DNA of 32,000 nucleotides from Microbacterium phage Mandalorian: the sequence record MZ005670.1. One strand, 5' to 3'. Below the pieces are notes generated by a model, which did not search any database, was not told the origin of the DNA, and saw only the letters and a program-made list of their open reading frames with translations. A program made the translations under genes and the position numbers. Shown here one piece after another: positions 31,494-32,000 of this stretch (positions are counted from its first letter, which is position 1; each line of letters opens with the position of its first letter).

Positions 31494-31523
31494 TTGCGGA
31501 TGCTGCTGGGCGTGTGCTAGGGT
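31494..31523 (+). promoter_or_regulatory. promoter-like element TTGCGG-N18-TAGGGT
   Basis: Only plus-strand family member; extended TGC-TAGGGT close to actinobacterial housekeeping consensus TAGRRT; 49 nt before ATG 31573. Confidence 0.65.
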
Positions 31524-31572
31524 GGGTGCAGCGCCCAAGGCAGGGCGTTCCACAGTTCAAGGAGTCCACACC

Positions 31573-31722
31573 ATGAGCAACACACTTGAGAAGCCGGTCA
31601 TGCAGACCATCCCGGTTCAGCTGAAGACCATCACTCGGATGGGTGAGGTTCGGCCCAGCGATCCCCGTTACGTTCAGCCTGTGAGTGCAAGGTCGCACCT
31701 GATGAACGCCGGGAGCCACTGA
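31573..31722 (+). CDS. small hypothetical protein (49 aa)
   Basis: ATG 31573 with AAGGAG; MSNTLEKPVMQTIPVQLKTITRMGEVRPSDPRYVQPVSARSHLMNAGSH. Confidence 0.6.
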   Translation: MSNTLEKPVMQTIPVQLKTITRMGEVRPSDPRYVQPVSARSHLMNAGSH

Positions 31723-32000
31723 TGGGGAAGCAGTCGCTTCGGGATGTCGGGCGTTCGCACATGTCCAAGGACCAGCAGGTGATGGCTCGGGAGATGTCCC
31801 AGCCGAAGTCGCTTTCCAGCGTCATGGACCAGGTGGTCGGCCGGTCCAAGGCTGATCCGGCTGTGGAGGCGCTCGCGCTTCAGATCATTGAGACGGGTCC
31901 GGACCTTCGGCTGGGCATGCGGGAGTGGCGTGCAGTCCAGGATCTGGTCGAGGCTGGCATCGTCGCCGGGATGGCCAAGGCCGGTCCAACGCCTCGCTAG
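31722..32000 (+). CDS. hypothetical protein (92 aa)
   Basis: Start overlaps the upstream stop (TGATG); ends TAG at 31998-32000. Confidence 0.6.
   Translation: MGKQSLRDVGRSHMSKDQQVMAREMSQPKSLSSVMDQVVGRSKADPAVEALALQIIETGPDLRLGMREWRAVQDLVEAGIVAGMAKAGPTPR

Noticed and set aside
1-32000. CRISPR array, integrase, transposase or rRNA
   Set aside because: No regularly spaced direct repeats, no integrase or transposase motifs and no rRNA-like sequence seen in the window.

Overview
The window looks like the late and early arms of an actinobacterial (Streptomyces-like, high-GC) siphovirus genome. It runs off both edges. The plus strand (1-12346) carries a truncated tail protein, a tail assembly chaperone with a probable -1 frameshift, an 803-aa tape measure protein, distal tail and minor tail proteins, a GH18-like tail hydrolase, a peptidase-type endolysin with a peptidoglycan-binding region, two membrane proteins (holin region) and one small protein. 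A 9-bp stem hairpin at 12361-12396 separates this from a minus-strand arm (12407-31171). That arm encodes a PrimPol-like/RecA-like helicase, VRR-NUC nuclease, Sak4-like ATPase, Cas4/RecB-like nuclease, family A DNA polymerase, SNF2-like helicase, MazG-like NTP-PPase, dNMP kinase-like protein, a GT-A glycosyltransferase, a thymidylate-synthase homologue, an aGPT-PPlase/5hmU-DNA-kinase-helical-domain-like protein and many small ORFs. Main hypothesis: the TS homologue has Asp at the position of E. coli ThyA Asn177, a signature of dCMP specificity. Together with the TAGT-like glycosyltransferase, the aGPT-PPlase-like protein, the kinase and the all-alpha pyrophosphatase, it could form a DNA base hypermodification pathway, possibly on cytosine. 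Second main finding: a dispersed family of 12 near-identical promoter-like elements (TTGCGN or TTGTGC, N17-18, TAagcT/TAGGNT/TAYNCT). Three of them sit exactly 6 nt from an ATG, implying leaderless mRNAs. There is also an atypical tRNA-like gene with an abnormal anticodon arm. All functional calls come from reading motifs by eye; no database search was run.
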